From the NCBI GenBank assembly GCA_039794085.1, contig JBDIWC010000011.1, forward strand, positions 28,953 through 92,952: a stretch of 64,000 nucleotides of DNA, given 5' to 3'. The stretch comes from Gemmatimonadales bacterium. GTDB taxonomy: Bacteria > Gemmatimonadota > Gemmatimonadetes > Gemmatimonadales > GWC2-71-9. Position 1 is the first letter of the stretch; the number at the start of each line of letters is the position of its first letter. Made by a program: the position numbers and the translations under genes. A model generated the notes under the pieces. That model saw only the letters and a list, made by a program, of their open reading frames with translations, searched no databases and was not told where the DNA came from. This document shows, one piece after another, positions 29,759 to 40,577 of the stretch.

Positions 29759-30000
29759 TCGCCCCTGCCCTCGTACACCCGTCCTCGAATCTCGGCCCAT
29801 GAGCAGCTGCCCAGGTCCGGTTGGAGCCCCTCTCCGGCGAAGGAGACCTTCCGCAACCGGAACTGGGTCCGCTTCTTTCGTTCGTCCAGGAGGCGACGAA
29901 GGCCCTCCTCGATGAGCGCGCGCATCGTGGTACCCTCGTCGGCCGCGCGTTCGCGGACTTTGGCGAAGAGGGCGTCAGATATCTCGACGGTCGTCTTCAT
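29755..30000 (-). CDS. vapB: VapB-type antitoxin
   Basis: MKTTVEISDALF..RALIEEGL; TTGACA at 30032-30037 on the minus strand. Confidence 0.85.
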   Translation of the reverse strand: MKTTVEISDALFAKVRERAADEGTTMRALIEEGLRRLLDERKKRTQFRLRKVSFAGEGLQPDLGSCSWAEIRGRVYEGRGE

Positions 30001-30176
30001 ACATAAGGATTTACTCTATAAGCCATATCTATGTCAATATTCCACCGATCCGACAAACGTTCCCTAGGCTCAAGCCGGGATGCTGTGCCTCTTCTCTTTC
30101 GTGCATTTTCGTGCTTTTCGTGGTTCCCCCGGGGCTGAAGCTCGGCTACTCTGGCGAAAGGATCTAAAGCAGAGAT

Positions 30177-31442
30177 TCACCGGGCGAAGCTCAACCGGTC
30201 CAGCCCGATCCGGCCGTTGCTCACCACGAGGAGCGGGTCCCGCAGGGTTCCCGGATCCACGAGGGGGTTCCGCTCGACCACCACGAGGTCGGCTTCGTAC
30301 CCGGCTTCAACCACGCCGATTCTCCGCTCCATTCGGAGCATCTCCGCCGCGGTGATCGTCGCCGCCTGGAGCGCTGCGAGGGGCGGGAGGCCAACGTCGA
30401 TCAGGCGGAGGATCTCGCCCGAGACCCGGGCCATGCTCTGGGGACCGTATCCGGTGTCGGCGCCGGTCACGATCCGCACGCCCAGCGCATGGGCGCGGGC
30501 GATGGTCTCACGGAGACGGGGGAGCATGTGCCGCCCGCGGAGCAGCAGGTCGCGGTTGTCGTAGTCACCGCCCACGGCGGCGAGGTCGTACACGATGTCG
30601 ATCGTCGGTACGTAGTAGATCCCCTGCCGAGCCATGAGCTGCAGGGCCTCCTCGGACAGATAGGTCCCGTGCTCGATGCTCCGCACCCCCGCCTTCACCG
30701 CCGCGAGGGCCCCCTCGGCGCCATGGGCATGGGCCATGACCGGAACATCGCCCGCCCTCGCCTCCTCGACCACGGCTCGCAGCTCTTCCTCGGTGAACAT
30801 CTGCTTTCGCGGGTCGGTGTCCGGGAGGCCAGCGCGTTCCGTCCCCATCGTCTTGATCCAGTCCACGCCATGCTGGATCGTCTTGATCCAGTCCACGCCA
30901 TGCTGGACGTTGGCCCGCACCACGGCGCGAAGGGCATCCACGGTTGGGGCCGCACCGAGCAGGTCGAGAGGGAGGGATGGATCGACCAGGAAGGCATCCT
31001 CGCTGAGCCCGCCTCGGATGTGGTATCCCGCGGCCACGACATCGGGACCGGTGAGTGCACCCTTCTTCACCAGCTCCCGGAGCCCCACGTCGAGCCACAT
31101 CGCGCCGCCGGCACTTCGCACCGTGGTGACCCCGCTCTCCAGCGCGGTCTTGAGGGATCGGGAGTTGGTCACATGGACGTGGGCATCCACCAGGCCCGGA
31201 ATCACGTGGCGGCCCCGGACGTCGAGGACTCGGGCTCCCGCCGGGACCGGACTTCCGGCCGGATCGATGGAGGCGATCAGGCCATCGCGGAGCAGAACGG
31301 TGACGTTCTCGCGGACGGTTCCGTCTCTCACATTCACCACGTTGGCGTGGATCAAGGCGACGGGATCCTGCGCCGAGGCGAAAGGAGTGTCGGCCGCCAG
31401 GAGCGCGAGGAGGAGAAGGGCCAGGCGGCGGTGGTAGGTCAT
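30177..31442 (-). CDS. Exported amidohydrolase (prolidase-like)
   Basis: PGLVDAHVH, AHAHG, SIEHG, TGAD; in-frame 10-aa duplication. Confidence 0.9.
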   Translation of the reverse strand: MTYHRRLALLLLALLAADTPFASAQDPVALIHANVVNVRDGTVRENVTVLLRDGLIASIDPAGSPVPAGARVLDVRGRHVIPGLVDAHVHVTNSRSLKTALESGVTTVRSAGGAMWLDVGLRELVKKGALTGPDVVAAGYHIRGGLSEDAFLVDPSLPLDLLGAAPTVDALRAVVRANVQHGVDWIKTIQHGVDWIKTMGTERAGLPDTDPRKQMFTEEELRAVVEEARAGDVPVMAHAHGAEGALAAVKAGVRSIEHGTYLSEEALQLMARQGIYYVPTIDIVYDLAAVGGDYDNRDLLLRGRHMLPRLRETIARAHALGVRIVTGADTGYGPQSMARVSGEILRLIDVGLPPLAALQAATITAAEMLRMERRIGVVEAGYEADLVVVERNPLVDPGTLRDPLLVVSNGRIGLDRLSFAR

Positions 31443-31475
31443 GGCGTCGGCTCCGGAGAGGACGTAGGGCAACAC

Positions 31476-31663
31476 AGGACGTAGGACGTAGGACATAGGA
31501 CATAGAACATTAGGACACAGAACATAGGACAGAGCACAGACTCCCCCTAGACGCCAACCACAAAAAGCACAAAAAACACAAGAGGTACAAAAGCAGAGAT
31601 CCGCCGGTTCGTCACCCTCCGCAGAGTCTCGTGCCCTTTGTGCCTTCTGTGCCTCTTGTGGCC
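31476..31663. repeat. AGGACRT heptamers plus inverted 9-mer arrays (31558-31592 / 31637-31663)
   Basis: Seen directly. Confidence 0.8.
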
Positions 31664-31753
31664 ATTTCCCCACCGACCTGACGCCGGAGCACCTGCCGCA
31701 CCCCCGGAAAGTCAACCACACAAAGCCGGGGGAGCCCCCATTCGAGCCGAGAT

Positions 31754-33313
31754 CTATCGCCGGGCGGGCTGGTCCGGTTGCGGCATGGTCCGCAGGATGA
31801 ACTCCCGCACGTCGTCGTTCGAGGTGGCGAGGTCGTCCTGGCGCAGGTACATCATGTGCCCCGACCGATACCCCTTCCAGGTCATCCGGTCCTGGAACCG
31901 CCCCGACGGGTCCATGTTCCACATGGTGTACTTGGCGTCGAAATACGGTGTCCCGCCGTCGAAGTACCCCGACTGCACCATCACATGGAGATACGGATTG
32001 GTGGCCATGGCCTGACGAAGGTTTTCCCCGGTCTGGTCGCCATTCCGGTTCCAGGGATTCACGGGACCGAAGAGCCAGTACTGAAGATCGGTTTTCCAGC
32101 CCAGGACGTCGCGCAGGTAGTGGTTGATGGCGGGCGCGAAGGCGTGGTTCCAGGCGGTCAGGGCGGGGTCGAAATCGGGGGAGACCCCGGCGTCCTCCCG
32201 GTCGAGACCGCGGTACCGCGAGTCGAGGCGACCTACCGTAAGTCCTCGGCTCCGGAGCAATTCCTTCCAGAAGAAGGAGGTGGGAATCGCCATGGCGTGC
32301 TGGCGGACCGCGTCCTCGCTGAGCCCGCTGTACCGGGCCACCTGCGCGGTGAGCCGGTTCCGTTCCGCCTCGGCGAGGGAGCCCCCGCGCACCAGGGCGG
32401 GGACGAGCTCGGTGACGGTGAACTGCTCCACCTCGGGCAGGAGCTGGTCGAGGTCGCGGTTCTGGAGATCGGCGGACAGCGCCTGGTGGTACCAGGCGGT
32501 GGCGGTGAAGTAGGGAAGCTTGAGCGCCGCTCCGACCGGACCGTCGCGGTCCACTCCCATGTTGGTGGGAGACACGAGGATCACGCCATTGAAGTACATC
32601 CAGTGGGACCCTTGCAGTCGCTGCGCGAGGCCGGAGACGCGGGTGGTTCCGTAGCTCTCGCCGATCAGGTACTTGGGGCTGGTCCACCGGCCGTGCCGGG
32701 TGACAAAGGCATCGACCCACCGGGCGAGATAGGCGATGTCCTCATTGACGCCGAAGAACTGCTCGCGCTTCTGCTCGCCGATGATCCGGGAGAAGCCGGT
32801 GTTCACCGGGTCGACGTAGACGATGTCGGCCACGTCGAGAATCGAGTGGGTGTTGTCCTGGATTCCGTAAGGCTGGACCGGAAATCCCTCCGCGTCGATC
32901 CGGAGGAGCTTGGGGCCGGTGTAGGCCACATGCATCCAGACCGAGGCGGACCCGGGGCCGCCGTTGAAGGAGATGACCAGCGGGCGGTTCGAGCGGTCGG
33001 TCACGTCCGAGCGCTGGTAGTAGGTGTGGAACATCGTGGCGATCGGGGTTCCGTTCTCGTCCCACACCGGCTGGTTGCCCACGGTGACCCGGTAGGGGAC
33101 CCGATTTCCGCCGATCATGGCCGTGGCCTCGCGGGTGATCAGGGAGTCGGTGGGGACCCGCACCCGGCCGGCCATGGTGTCGGCCCGGACGCCCGCGGGG
33201 GCGGGTCGCTGGCCGGGAGCTCCAGGCGGAGGACCACCGGGACGCCCCTGGGCCGGCAGCGACGGGGTCAGGAGGACACTGGTGGCGAGGAGAACGGCGA
33301 GGGGACGCATCAT
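31754..33313 (-). CDS. S10 family serine carboxypeptidase
   Basis: FNGGPGSAS, DPVNTGFS, GESYG, SGHMMY. Confidence 0.92.
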   Translation of the reverse strand: MMRPLAVLLATSVLLTPSLPAQGRPGGPPPGAPGQRPAPAGVRADTMAGRVRVPTDSLITREATAMIGGNRVPYRVTVGNQPVWDENGTPIATMFHTYYQRSDVTDRSNRPLVISFNGGPGSASVWMHVAYTGPKLLRIDAEGFPVQPYGIQDNTHSILDVADIVYVDPVNTGFSRIIGEQKREQFFGVNEDIAYLARWVDAFVTRHGRWTSPKYLIGESYGTTRVSGLAQRLQGSHWMYFNGVILVSPTNMGVDRDGPVGAALKLPYFTATAWYHQALSADLQNRDLDQLLPEVEQFTVTELVPALVRGGSLAEAERNRLTAQVARYSGLSEDAVRQHAMAIPTSFFWKELLRSRGLTVGRLDSRYRGLDREDAGVSPDFDPALTAWNHAFAPAINHYLRDVLGWKTDLQYWLFGPVNPWNRNGDQTGENLRQAMATNPYLHVMVQSGYFDGGTPYFDAKYTMWNMDPSGRFQDRMTWKGYRSGHMMYLRQDDLATSNDDVREFILRTMPQPDQPARR

Positions 33314-33534
33314 CGGGAATCCCTGGGTGACGGTGGAGGGGATCCCCGCATTCTACGATGTCGCGTGGTGCAAGGCAATCGGGGCGATCCGGGGTGACGC
33401 CGGGACGGGTGAACTCGTAGATTGAGGATGCCCCTCCCGACCCGGAACGGCACCCTCGATCCGGCGTGGCTCACACATGGTTCCCGGAGAGCGGGAGGAC
33501 CGGGGATCCCGACCCATTCTTCCGGGAGGGCCGC

Positions 33535-34038
33535 ATGACATCCGTACCTGCCAGGTGGAGGGAGGGAGTGATGGTGGGCCTGATCGCCTACGCCGCCGTG
33601 GCGATCTTCTACACCGCCTTCGACGTTCTGGCTGCCCGCGGGGCATTCCACACCATCAACGTCCTGGGCCGCGCGGTGTTCCGGGGCCTCCGGGATCCCG
33701 GAGTGCTGCTCCTTCCGGTGCCTCTCGACTTCACCGCCATCTTCTGGTACAACGCGCTGCACCTCGTGCTGTCGCTGGTCATCGGCCTGATCGTCGTGTC
33801 CCTGGTGCACGACGCGGAACGGAATCCCGGTCACGCCCGTGTGGTGCTGGCGGTCATCATCGCGGGATTCGTGGTGACGGTGCTGGCGGTGGGTGCGCTG
33901 ACGGCCCCGATGCGGCCGGTGCTCCCCTGGTGGTCGATCGTGGTGGCCAACGGTTGTGCCACCCTGTTTGCCGGGATCTGGCTGGTGCGGAAACACCCGG
34001 GACTCTGGGGACGTCTCCTCTCTCCGGCGCCGGCGTGA
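33535..34038 (+). CDS. Hypothetical four-TM membrane protein
   Basis: Hydrophobic helices, GGAGG RBS. Confidence 0.65.
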   Translation: MTSVPARWREGVMVGLIAYAAVAIFYTAFDVLAARGAFHTINVLGRAVFRGLRDPGVLLLPVPLDFTAIFWYNALHLVLSLVIGLIVVSLVHDAERNPGHARVVLAVIIAGFVVTVLAVGALTAPMRPVLPWWSIVVANGCATLFAGIWLVRKHPGLWGRLLSPAPA

Positions 34039-34069
34039 GGTTCTCCCGCGCGACCATAGGAATAACAAG

Positions 34070-35194
34070 ATGATTTTCTTCGTGGTCGAGCCGAGCCGCA
34101 GTTTCGGATTCCGGTACTTCATCGAGGATCGCGCCCATGATCAGCGCGATCGTTTTCACCTTCTTGACCCGGGCCTGTTACAGCGTGACCCCCGGTTTGT
34201 CCCGGGCACGTATGTCTTCACGCTGGACGACCTGCTCCCCGCCGAGGTCGAGGCCTATGACGCATTGTGGAGCCAACTGGGGCAACACAGTCCCGAGGTG
34301 CGCCTGCTCAATCATCCCCGCCAGACCATGGGACGCCTCGCGCTGCTCCACGCGCTCCACGCCTCGGGCCGAAGTCGTGTCCGTGCGGTCCGGGCAACGG
34401 AGCCCGTGGAGTCGCTTCGCTTTCCGGTCTTTCTGCGGGAGGAGACGCGGCATACCGGCACCCGGACACCGTTGCTTCATTCTCCCGGCGAACTGCGCCG
34501 TGCCCTGCGGAAGCTCGCGCTCCGTGGGTTTCACCGGGGCGAGCTGTTGGTGGTCGAGTTCTGCGACACGGCCGATTCCGAAGGCATCTTCCGGAAGTAT
34601 TCCGCCTACATCGTGGGCGATCGCGTCATTCCCCGATGCCTCGAGTTCGGCAACGCCTGGATGGTGAAACACGACGCGCGCAGGTACACTCCTGACCGCC
34701 TCATCGAGGAGCGGGAGTTCGTGGAGTCGAATCCGCATGAGGTCGCACTGCGTGGGATCTTTGCTCTGGCCCACGTGCAGTATGGCCGGATCGACTATGC
34801 CCTGCTCGATGGGGCGTTGCAGGTCTGGGAAATCAACCTCAATCCGACCATTGGTCGCTACCGCCCTCATCAGGAAGATTCGACCGAGGTGCGGCGCGTG
34901 CGCGAGCTCCGCCGGGACACCAACGACATTTTCTATGGTCGATTCCTCGCCGCGTGGGATGCACTCGACACCCACCCCACCACGGAGGACACCGTTGCCG
35001 TCCAGGTAGATGAGCGCCTGTGGCGTGCGGCACGCGCCGAGCGGGCGGCCGCCCGGCGGGGCGAGCGCCACAAACGCGCCATGGAGTGGGCCGCTCACCA
35101 GCCGGTCCTGGCCGCCACATGGCGGTTCCTGAAGCGGCTGCGGTCATCCGAGCGACCCCGGCTCACCCGGGGCAAAACGCCGATTCAGCCATGA
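34070..35194 (+). CDS. Divergent ATP-grasp fold protein
   Basis: LLNHP, FPVFLR, VVEF, GRIDY, WEINLNP. Confidence 0.65.
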   Translation: MIFFVVEPSRSFGFRYFIEDRAHDQRDRFHLLDPGLLQRDPRFVPGTYVFTLDDLLPAEVEAYDALWSQLGQHSPEVRLLNHPRQTMGRLALLHALHASGRSRVRAVRATEPVESLRFPVFLREETRHTGTRTPLLHSPGELRRALRKLALRGFHRGELLVVEFCDTADSEGIFRKYSAYIVGDRVIPRCLEFGNAWMVKHDARRYTPDRLIEEREFVESNPHEVALRGIFALAHVQYGRIDYALLDGALQVWEINLNPTIGRYRPHQEDSTEVRRVRELRRDTNDIFYGRFLAAWDALDTHPTTEDTVAVQVDERLWRAARAERAAARRGERHKRAMEWAAHQPVLAATWRFLKRLRSSERPRLTRGKTPIQP

Positions 35195-36552
35195 CGCACG
35201 CTGGCAACCGAGGTCCCGACGTCCCGGTGCGGACCAAGGCCCTTCCGCGTGTGCTCGGCACGGCATCAGCAGCCGCTGTCATGATCGGCCTCATCATCGG
35301 CAGCGGGATTTTCAGAGTACCGAGCACTGTGGCGGCGCAGGTGGACAGTGTCGGCGCCATCGCGGTGCTCTGGGTGTTGGGGGGGGTGCTGGCGCTCTGC
35401 GGCTCGCTCACCCTCGCGGAACTTGCCTGCCTTTACCCCGAGGCGGGTGGTGTGTACGTGTTCCTGCGCGAGGCCTACGGTCCGCTCCCCGCCTTTCTCT
35501 ATGGGTGGACACGCCTGCTTCTGCTCGTGCCGGCTTCGGTCGGGGCGATCGCGCTCATCTTTGGATCCTATGCCGGCGTGTTCATCGATCTCGGGCCGTC
35601 GGGGGAACGGTGGCTCGCGGCGGGCCTCATCGTAGCTCTGACCGCCCTGAACTATCGGTCTCTCCTCTGGGGCGCGTGGGTGGAGAACGGGGTGACGCTG
35701 GCCAAGGTCCTGGCGCTCGCCATGGTCGCGGTGGCGGCGTTCATGTTCGGAAGTCCTGCGTCGGGATCGTTTGCGGAGCCCGTGCGTTTTGTGCCCACCA
35801 CCTGGTCGGGATTCGGCCTGGCACTTGTCACCGTCATGTGGACCTATTCCGGCTGGTCGAGCGTCGCGGCTCTCGCCGGGGAGATCACGGACCCCACACG
35901 GACCCTCCCTCGCGCACTCATCGGCGGGATCACTCTGGTCATCGTGCTCTACCTCGTGACCAACGGCGCCTACCACTTCCTCCTCTCGATGAAGCAGATC
36001 GCCTCCTCTCCGTTGGTGGCCTCCGACGCGGCCACCCAGGTGTTCGGACCCGCGGGCGCCCGTATCGTGGCGGCTCTGGTGATCCTCTCGACCTTCGGCG
36101 CGGTGCAGGCCGCCCTGATATTCAATCCCCGGATCTTCTATGCCATGGCCACGGACGGGTTGTTGTTCGGCCCGGTCGGGCGCGTGCATCAACGATTTCT
36201 GACCCCGCACTTCGCCATTGTTTTCACGGCCGGACTCGGAATTGCCTACCTGTCGCTCCGTTCGTTCGAGCAACTCGCCCAGGCATTCATCCTCGGCGTC
36301 TGGCCGTTCCACATCCTGATGGTCTGGGCGGTCTTCCGCCTTCGCACGCGGCGGCCGGATGTGCCGCGACCATTCAGAACGCCCGGGTACCCTGTCGTTC
36401 CCGCGGTGTTTCTCCTCGCGTCGGCTGCGTTGATCCTCAACGCATTGGTCCAGGAGACAAGACTGACGTTGTTCGGGTTCGGACTGATTCTGGCGGGTAT
36501 CCCGGTCTTCCTGGTCGTACGACGCCAGAGTGGAAAACGGTCACCCACGTGA
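35191..36552 (+). CDS. APC family amino-acid permease
   Basis: IIGSGIF, AGGVY, YSGW, PRIFYAMA, RPFRTPGYP. Confidence 0.92.
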   Translation: MTHAGNRGPDVPVRTKALPRVLGTASAAAVMIGLIIGSGIFRVPSTVAAQVDSVGAIAVLWVLGGVLALCGSLTLAELACLYPEAGGVYVFLREAYGPLPAFLYGWTRLLLLVPASVGAIALIFGSYAGVFIDLGPSGERWLAAGLIVALTALNYRSLLWGAWVENGVTLAKVLALAMVAVAAFMFGSPASGSFAEPVRFVPTTWSGFGLALVTVMWTYSGWSSVAALAGEITDPTRTLPRALIGGITLVIVLYLVTNGAYHFLLSMKQIASSPLVASDAATQVFGPAGARIVAALVILSTFGAVQAALIFNPRIFYAMATDGLLFGPVGRVHQRFLTPHFAIVFTAGLGIAYLSLRSFEQLAQAFILGVWPFHILMVWAVFRLRTRRPDVPRPFRTPGYPVVPAVFLLASAALILNALVQETRLTLFGFGLILAGIPVFLVVRRQSGKRSPT

Positions 36553-36975
36553 GGAAGCTCTGATCAATCGCGAGCCAACCAAAGCCCCTCATTCTCGCGC
36601 ACGCGGGGATGACGATTAGTCAGAGATTCCCTAACATGTCGCGCAACCTGGAGAGGGCGAGATGACAAACCGGCTGAGACACATTTGCGCTGCGATCGGA
36701 ACCGGGCTGGTCGGTGTGGCCCTGCTCGGAGGGTGCCCCACCGCGGAGATGCCATCCGACGTCTCCCGCCGTGACAGCAAGGAGGACTGGCGCCCCGGCC
36801 GCAGAGCGGCCCCTCCCACGCGCCGGAGCACAATGCGAGAGTTCACGCGCTCGAGCCTCTCCCCCTGTGTCAGCTGGTTCTGTCGTCCTTCAGGACCTGT
36901 CGCCGAAGGCGCCGAGCCCGGGCTTCAGCCCGGGGAACCCTTGGGCCGCTCCACGGCCACACAGGGCCTTCCGGC

Positions 36976-38052
36976 ATGACGACTCCTCTCTTGTGTACGG
37001 GGCTGATTGGAGTGACCCTGCTCGGAGCGTGCGTCACCACGGAAATGCCGCCGGACTTCTCCCTCCGCGACAGCGCGGGGGTGAGGATCGCGGAGAACCG
37101 GCGTCCCGTCTCCCTCATCCTCTCTCTTGCTGAAGAGCCCGAGTTCGACATCGGCCCGCGGGAGGATGGCCCCGAGTTCATCAGCCTGATCAGCGCGGTG
37201 CGTCTTGCCGACGGGCGCATCGCCGCGGTGGGGTGGGCGATGACCGAGATGCACCTCTTCGACGCCGAGGGCCACTGGCTCCGGACGGTGGGTCGGCGGG
37301 GGTCGGGCCCGGGAGAGTTCGAGGCGCTCGGCTCCCTGTTCCGGGGTCCGGCCGACACGCTCGTCCTCGGCGATGGATCGCTGCTGGTGAGTACGGCGCT
37401 TCCCGAACCGGGTGCGGGCGACGAGCACACCCTGCGAGACCGACTCACCCTCTTCCGCGTGTCCTCCGATGGTGCCGAGTGGGATTCCCTGGTGAGCTTC
37501 CCCGGGGCGCCGCTTCTCCGTCACCCTGACAACCCGCTCTGGAACTGGGGCTCCCTGCTCTTTGCGCCCGCCCCGTCCACCGACCAGGAGGGGAATCTCA
37601 TCGCGATGACCCTGGGGGACCGGTTCGAGATCGTCCTTCGAGACCCGGCGGGGAGCGTAACGCGGATCGTGCGGCGTGCTGACGTCTCCAGAGCCATTTC
37701 CTCCACCGAGTACGACGCTGCACTGGCCGCCTGGAGTGAAAGCCCTTCGGCGGAACGGAGTGAGCGGCTTCGTGCCGCGATGCGCCGGACCCGACCGTAC
37801 CGGATCCGTCCGGCGATTTCGCGGGTTCGGCTCACGACCGACGGGGGCCTCTGGGTGGAGCATGGCGACCCCCGGCTCGGGGAGCCGGTTCGGGCGAGTC
37901 TGTTCGATGGTGAGGGCCGCTGGGTGGGGGATGTGACCCTGCCGGAGGGCGCCCGGGTGCATCAGGTCGACTCCGACGGGGTGCTGCTGAGTGTGCGGGA
38001 CGACGAAGGATTTCACCACCTGCGGTTTCACCGGTTCGTGGAGACGGATTGA
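36976..38052 (+). CDS. Six-bladed beta-propeller lipoprotein (possibly internally deleted)
   Basis: LGAC lipobox, RDSAGVRIAEN, GRRGSGPGEF. Confidence 0.65.
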   Translation: MTTPLLCTGLIGVTLLGACVTTEMPPDFSLRDSAGVRIAENRRPVSLILSLAEEPEFDIGPREDGPEFISLISAVRLADGRIAAVGWAMTEMHLFDAEGHWLRTVGRRGSGPGEFEALGSLFRGPADTLVLGDGSLLVSTALPEPGAGDEHTLRDRLTLFRVSSDGAEWDSLVSFPGAPLLRHPDNPLWNWGSLLFAPAPSTDQEGNLIAMTLGDRFEIVLRDPAGSVTRIVRRADVSRAISSTEYDAALAAWSESPSAERSERLRAAMRRTRPYRIRPAISRVRLTTDGGLWVEHGDPRLGEPVRASLFDGEGRWVGDVTLPEGARVHQVDSDGVLLSVRDDEGFHHLRFHRFVETD

Positions 38053-38062
38053 CAGCACAGCC

Positions 38063-40568
38063 TCACGGCGAGCGGTACTGCGCCACCAGCCGCCGGAATC
38101 GGGGGTGCTCCCGGATCGGATCCCAGAGCGGATCACGCTGCAGGACGTAGGCGGTGAGGGTCGAGGGGCCCTTGAGCAGACGTTCGATCTCGTCCAGGGC
38201 GGCGTCGGCCTCCCCGATCTGGGCCAGGATCCTGGCACGATCTTCCGAAAGCTGCGGGCGGAAGTAGCCGTCCGCATTTCCTGTCGATTCCTCGAGTCGA
38301 CGGACCTCCTCACGCGCGGCCTTCCGACGCCCCAACCCCGCGAGGGCCAGACCGCGCGCCGCGATGGCGCGCCAGTCGTCCGGCAGGTCCGCGAGCCGGG
38401 CGTCCAGCAGGACGAGCGCGGAATCGAAGGCGGCGCGTGCGGCGGGCTCGTCGCCCGCCTGCCGGTGGGCCCAGCCACCATACAGTGCGACGGGCTGGAA
38501 CGAAAGTTCCGTTTCCAGCACCGGGCCGGGCGCGGTCCGGAGCACCTGGAGCAGCTGGCCGGGATTCCGCCGCCAGAGGGACAGGGTCGCTCGATGCAGA
38601 GCGATGTCTCCATGGCGTCCGATGGACAGGGCATCCGGAAGCCGGGAGAGTACCGCGTCAAGCGTGTCCAGCCGTCCCGTCCACCGGGCATGGATCCAGC
38701 CCCTGGTGATGGCGGCGTCATGGAGATCCGGCGCCAGGCGCTGCGCCTGAACCAGGCTCTCCGCGGCGTCCGCATACCGGCGGGCGAGGCCCTGGGTGAT
38801 GCCAAGCGCGAGGAAGAGATCGGCGTCGGCCGGGTCGAGTTCCGTGGCCTTGGTGAACGCGGCGATGGCCTGGTCCCACTGCCCCAGGCCACGGTGGCTG
38901 AACCCGAGGTACTGCCGGATGCGGGCATCGCCCGGCAGCCCCTGCGCCGCGCGCAGCAGCGCGTCGTGCCCCCGCTTGAAATCGCCCCTTCCGAGCGCGT
39001 ATGCCAGGCGTACGGCCAGATGGGCCTGGGGAAGGTTGGGGGCGAGGCGGATGGCGTTGTCCGCCGCCGTGATGGCCCGGGTCAGCCGGTGTGGTGAGGG
39101 ATCGTACCGCAGCCGGTGTGTCAGGGCATGCACCTCCGCCAGGGCCGCGTGAGCCAAGGCAAACGTGGAATCCAGAGCCAGCGCCCGTTCGTAGAGCTGC
39201 TCGGCCGCCTCATAGTCCTGGCGTAACCTGGTGGGCCGGAGGAAGTAGGCCCGTCCCTGCAGATAGAACCGGTACGCCTCCGCGCTGGCGGTCGGTGGAC
39301 GGGTCACCTCGCGCTGCGCCTCGGCGTTGAGCGCGGATCCCACCGCCGCCACCACCTGCTGTGCCACCTCGCTCTGGATCGCAAACGCGTCGTCCAGCGT
39401 CCGGTCGTATCGCTCCGCCCAGAGCGTCCGGTCGGTGGCGACATCGACCAGTTGCACGTTGAATCGGAGGCGGTCCCCCACCACCTGCACGCTTGCCTGC
39501 ACCAGGGCTCCCACCTGGAGCTCCTCACCGATCTTCCTGACGGACTTCGTGGTGCCGGTATATCTCATGACGGAGGCACGGCCGCGGAGCGACAGGCCGG
39601 CCACGCTGGAGAGCTGGGTCAGCAGTTCGTCGTGCAGGCCCGCGGCGAAGTAGGCATGGGGCCCGTCGGCGCTCAGATTCTCGAACGGCAGGACGGCAAC
39701 GGCGTGTTCACCAGCGATTGCCCCTCGGCCTGGGAGCACCGCCACGACAACGAGCGCGGTGAGGAGGAGCAGTAGACCGCCTGCGAGGACCGGGTGACGC
39801 CGGGTGCCACGTCGGCTTGGTCGCCCCCATCCTGTGGCCGCGGCCCAGCGCTGCCGGACCGAACGGCGAGCCGTGTACGGGTGTCCCCGCTGGATCTCCG
39901 CGAGTTCGGCGGACACCTGCCGCGCGGTTCTCGGCCGGCTCGGCGGATCCTTCCGCAGGAGGGCATACAGGAGGTCCTCCAGCGCACGGGGAATCTCACC
40001 GCGCAGAGTGGAAGGGCGGATCGGCTCCTCATGCACGACCGCATGTGCGACCGCCACGCCGTTCTCTCCCTCGAACGGCCGGCGACCGGTGAGCATCTCG
40101 TACAGCACGACACCCAGGGCCCACAGGTCCGTCCGTTCATCGACGGGTGCGCCGCGAATCTGCTCCGGCGCCATGTATATCACGGTGCCGAGCTGGGTGC
40201 GGGAGCCGGTGAGCGAGAGATCCTGGACCTTGGCGAGGCCGAAATCGAGGACCTTCACGGCGCCGTCCGGGAGCAGCATCACGTTGCCGGGCTTGACGTC
40301 GCGGTGCACGATCCCGGCGGCGTGTGCCGAGGCCAGCCCCTGCGCCACCTTTTCGGCGATCGCGACCGCCTCCGCCACCGGCAGGGTGCCCTCCCGGGCA
40401 AGGCGCGCCTTGAGGGTTTCGCCGGGATAGAGCGGCATCGCGAGGAACGGGAGGCCCTCCTCGCTTTCCCCCACCTCGTGGATGCTGCACAGGTTCGGGT
40501 GGTCGAGCCCGGCGGCTGTGCGGGCCTCGTGAGAGTGCCCGGACCTCCCGCCAGCGCCGCGGATCCAT
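38063..40568 (-). pseudogene. Ser/Thr kinase-TolB-like-TPR protein lacking the kinase N-lobe
   Basis: MDPRRWREVRAL is fused out of frame to HEARTAAGLDHPN; HRDVKPGN, DFG, YMAPE, AVLPFENLS and TPRs retained; no Gly-loop or VAxK. Confidence 0.8.
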
Positions 40569-40577
40569 GAATCCGGC

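Noticed and set aside
30177..32720. 847-aa ORF and similar extended calls (52707-55559, 17992-19488)
   Set aside because: N-terminal extensions run through repeats or other genes; real starts are at 31442, 53939 and 19182
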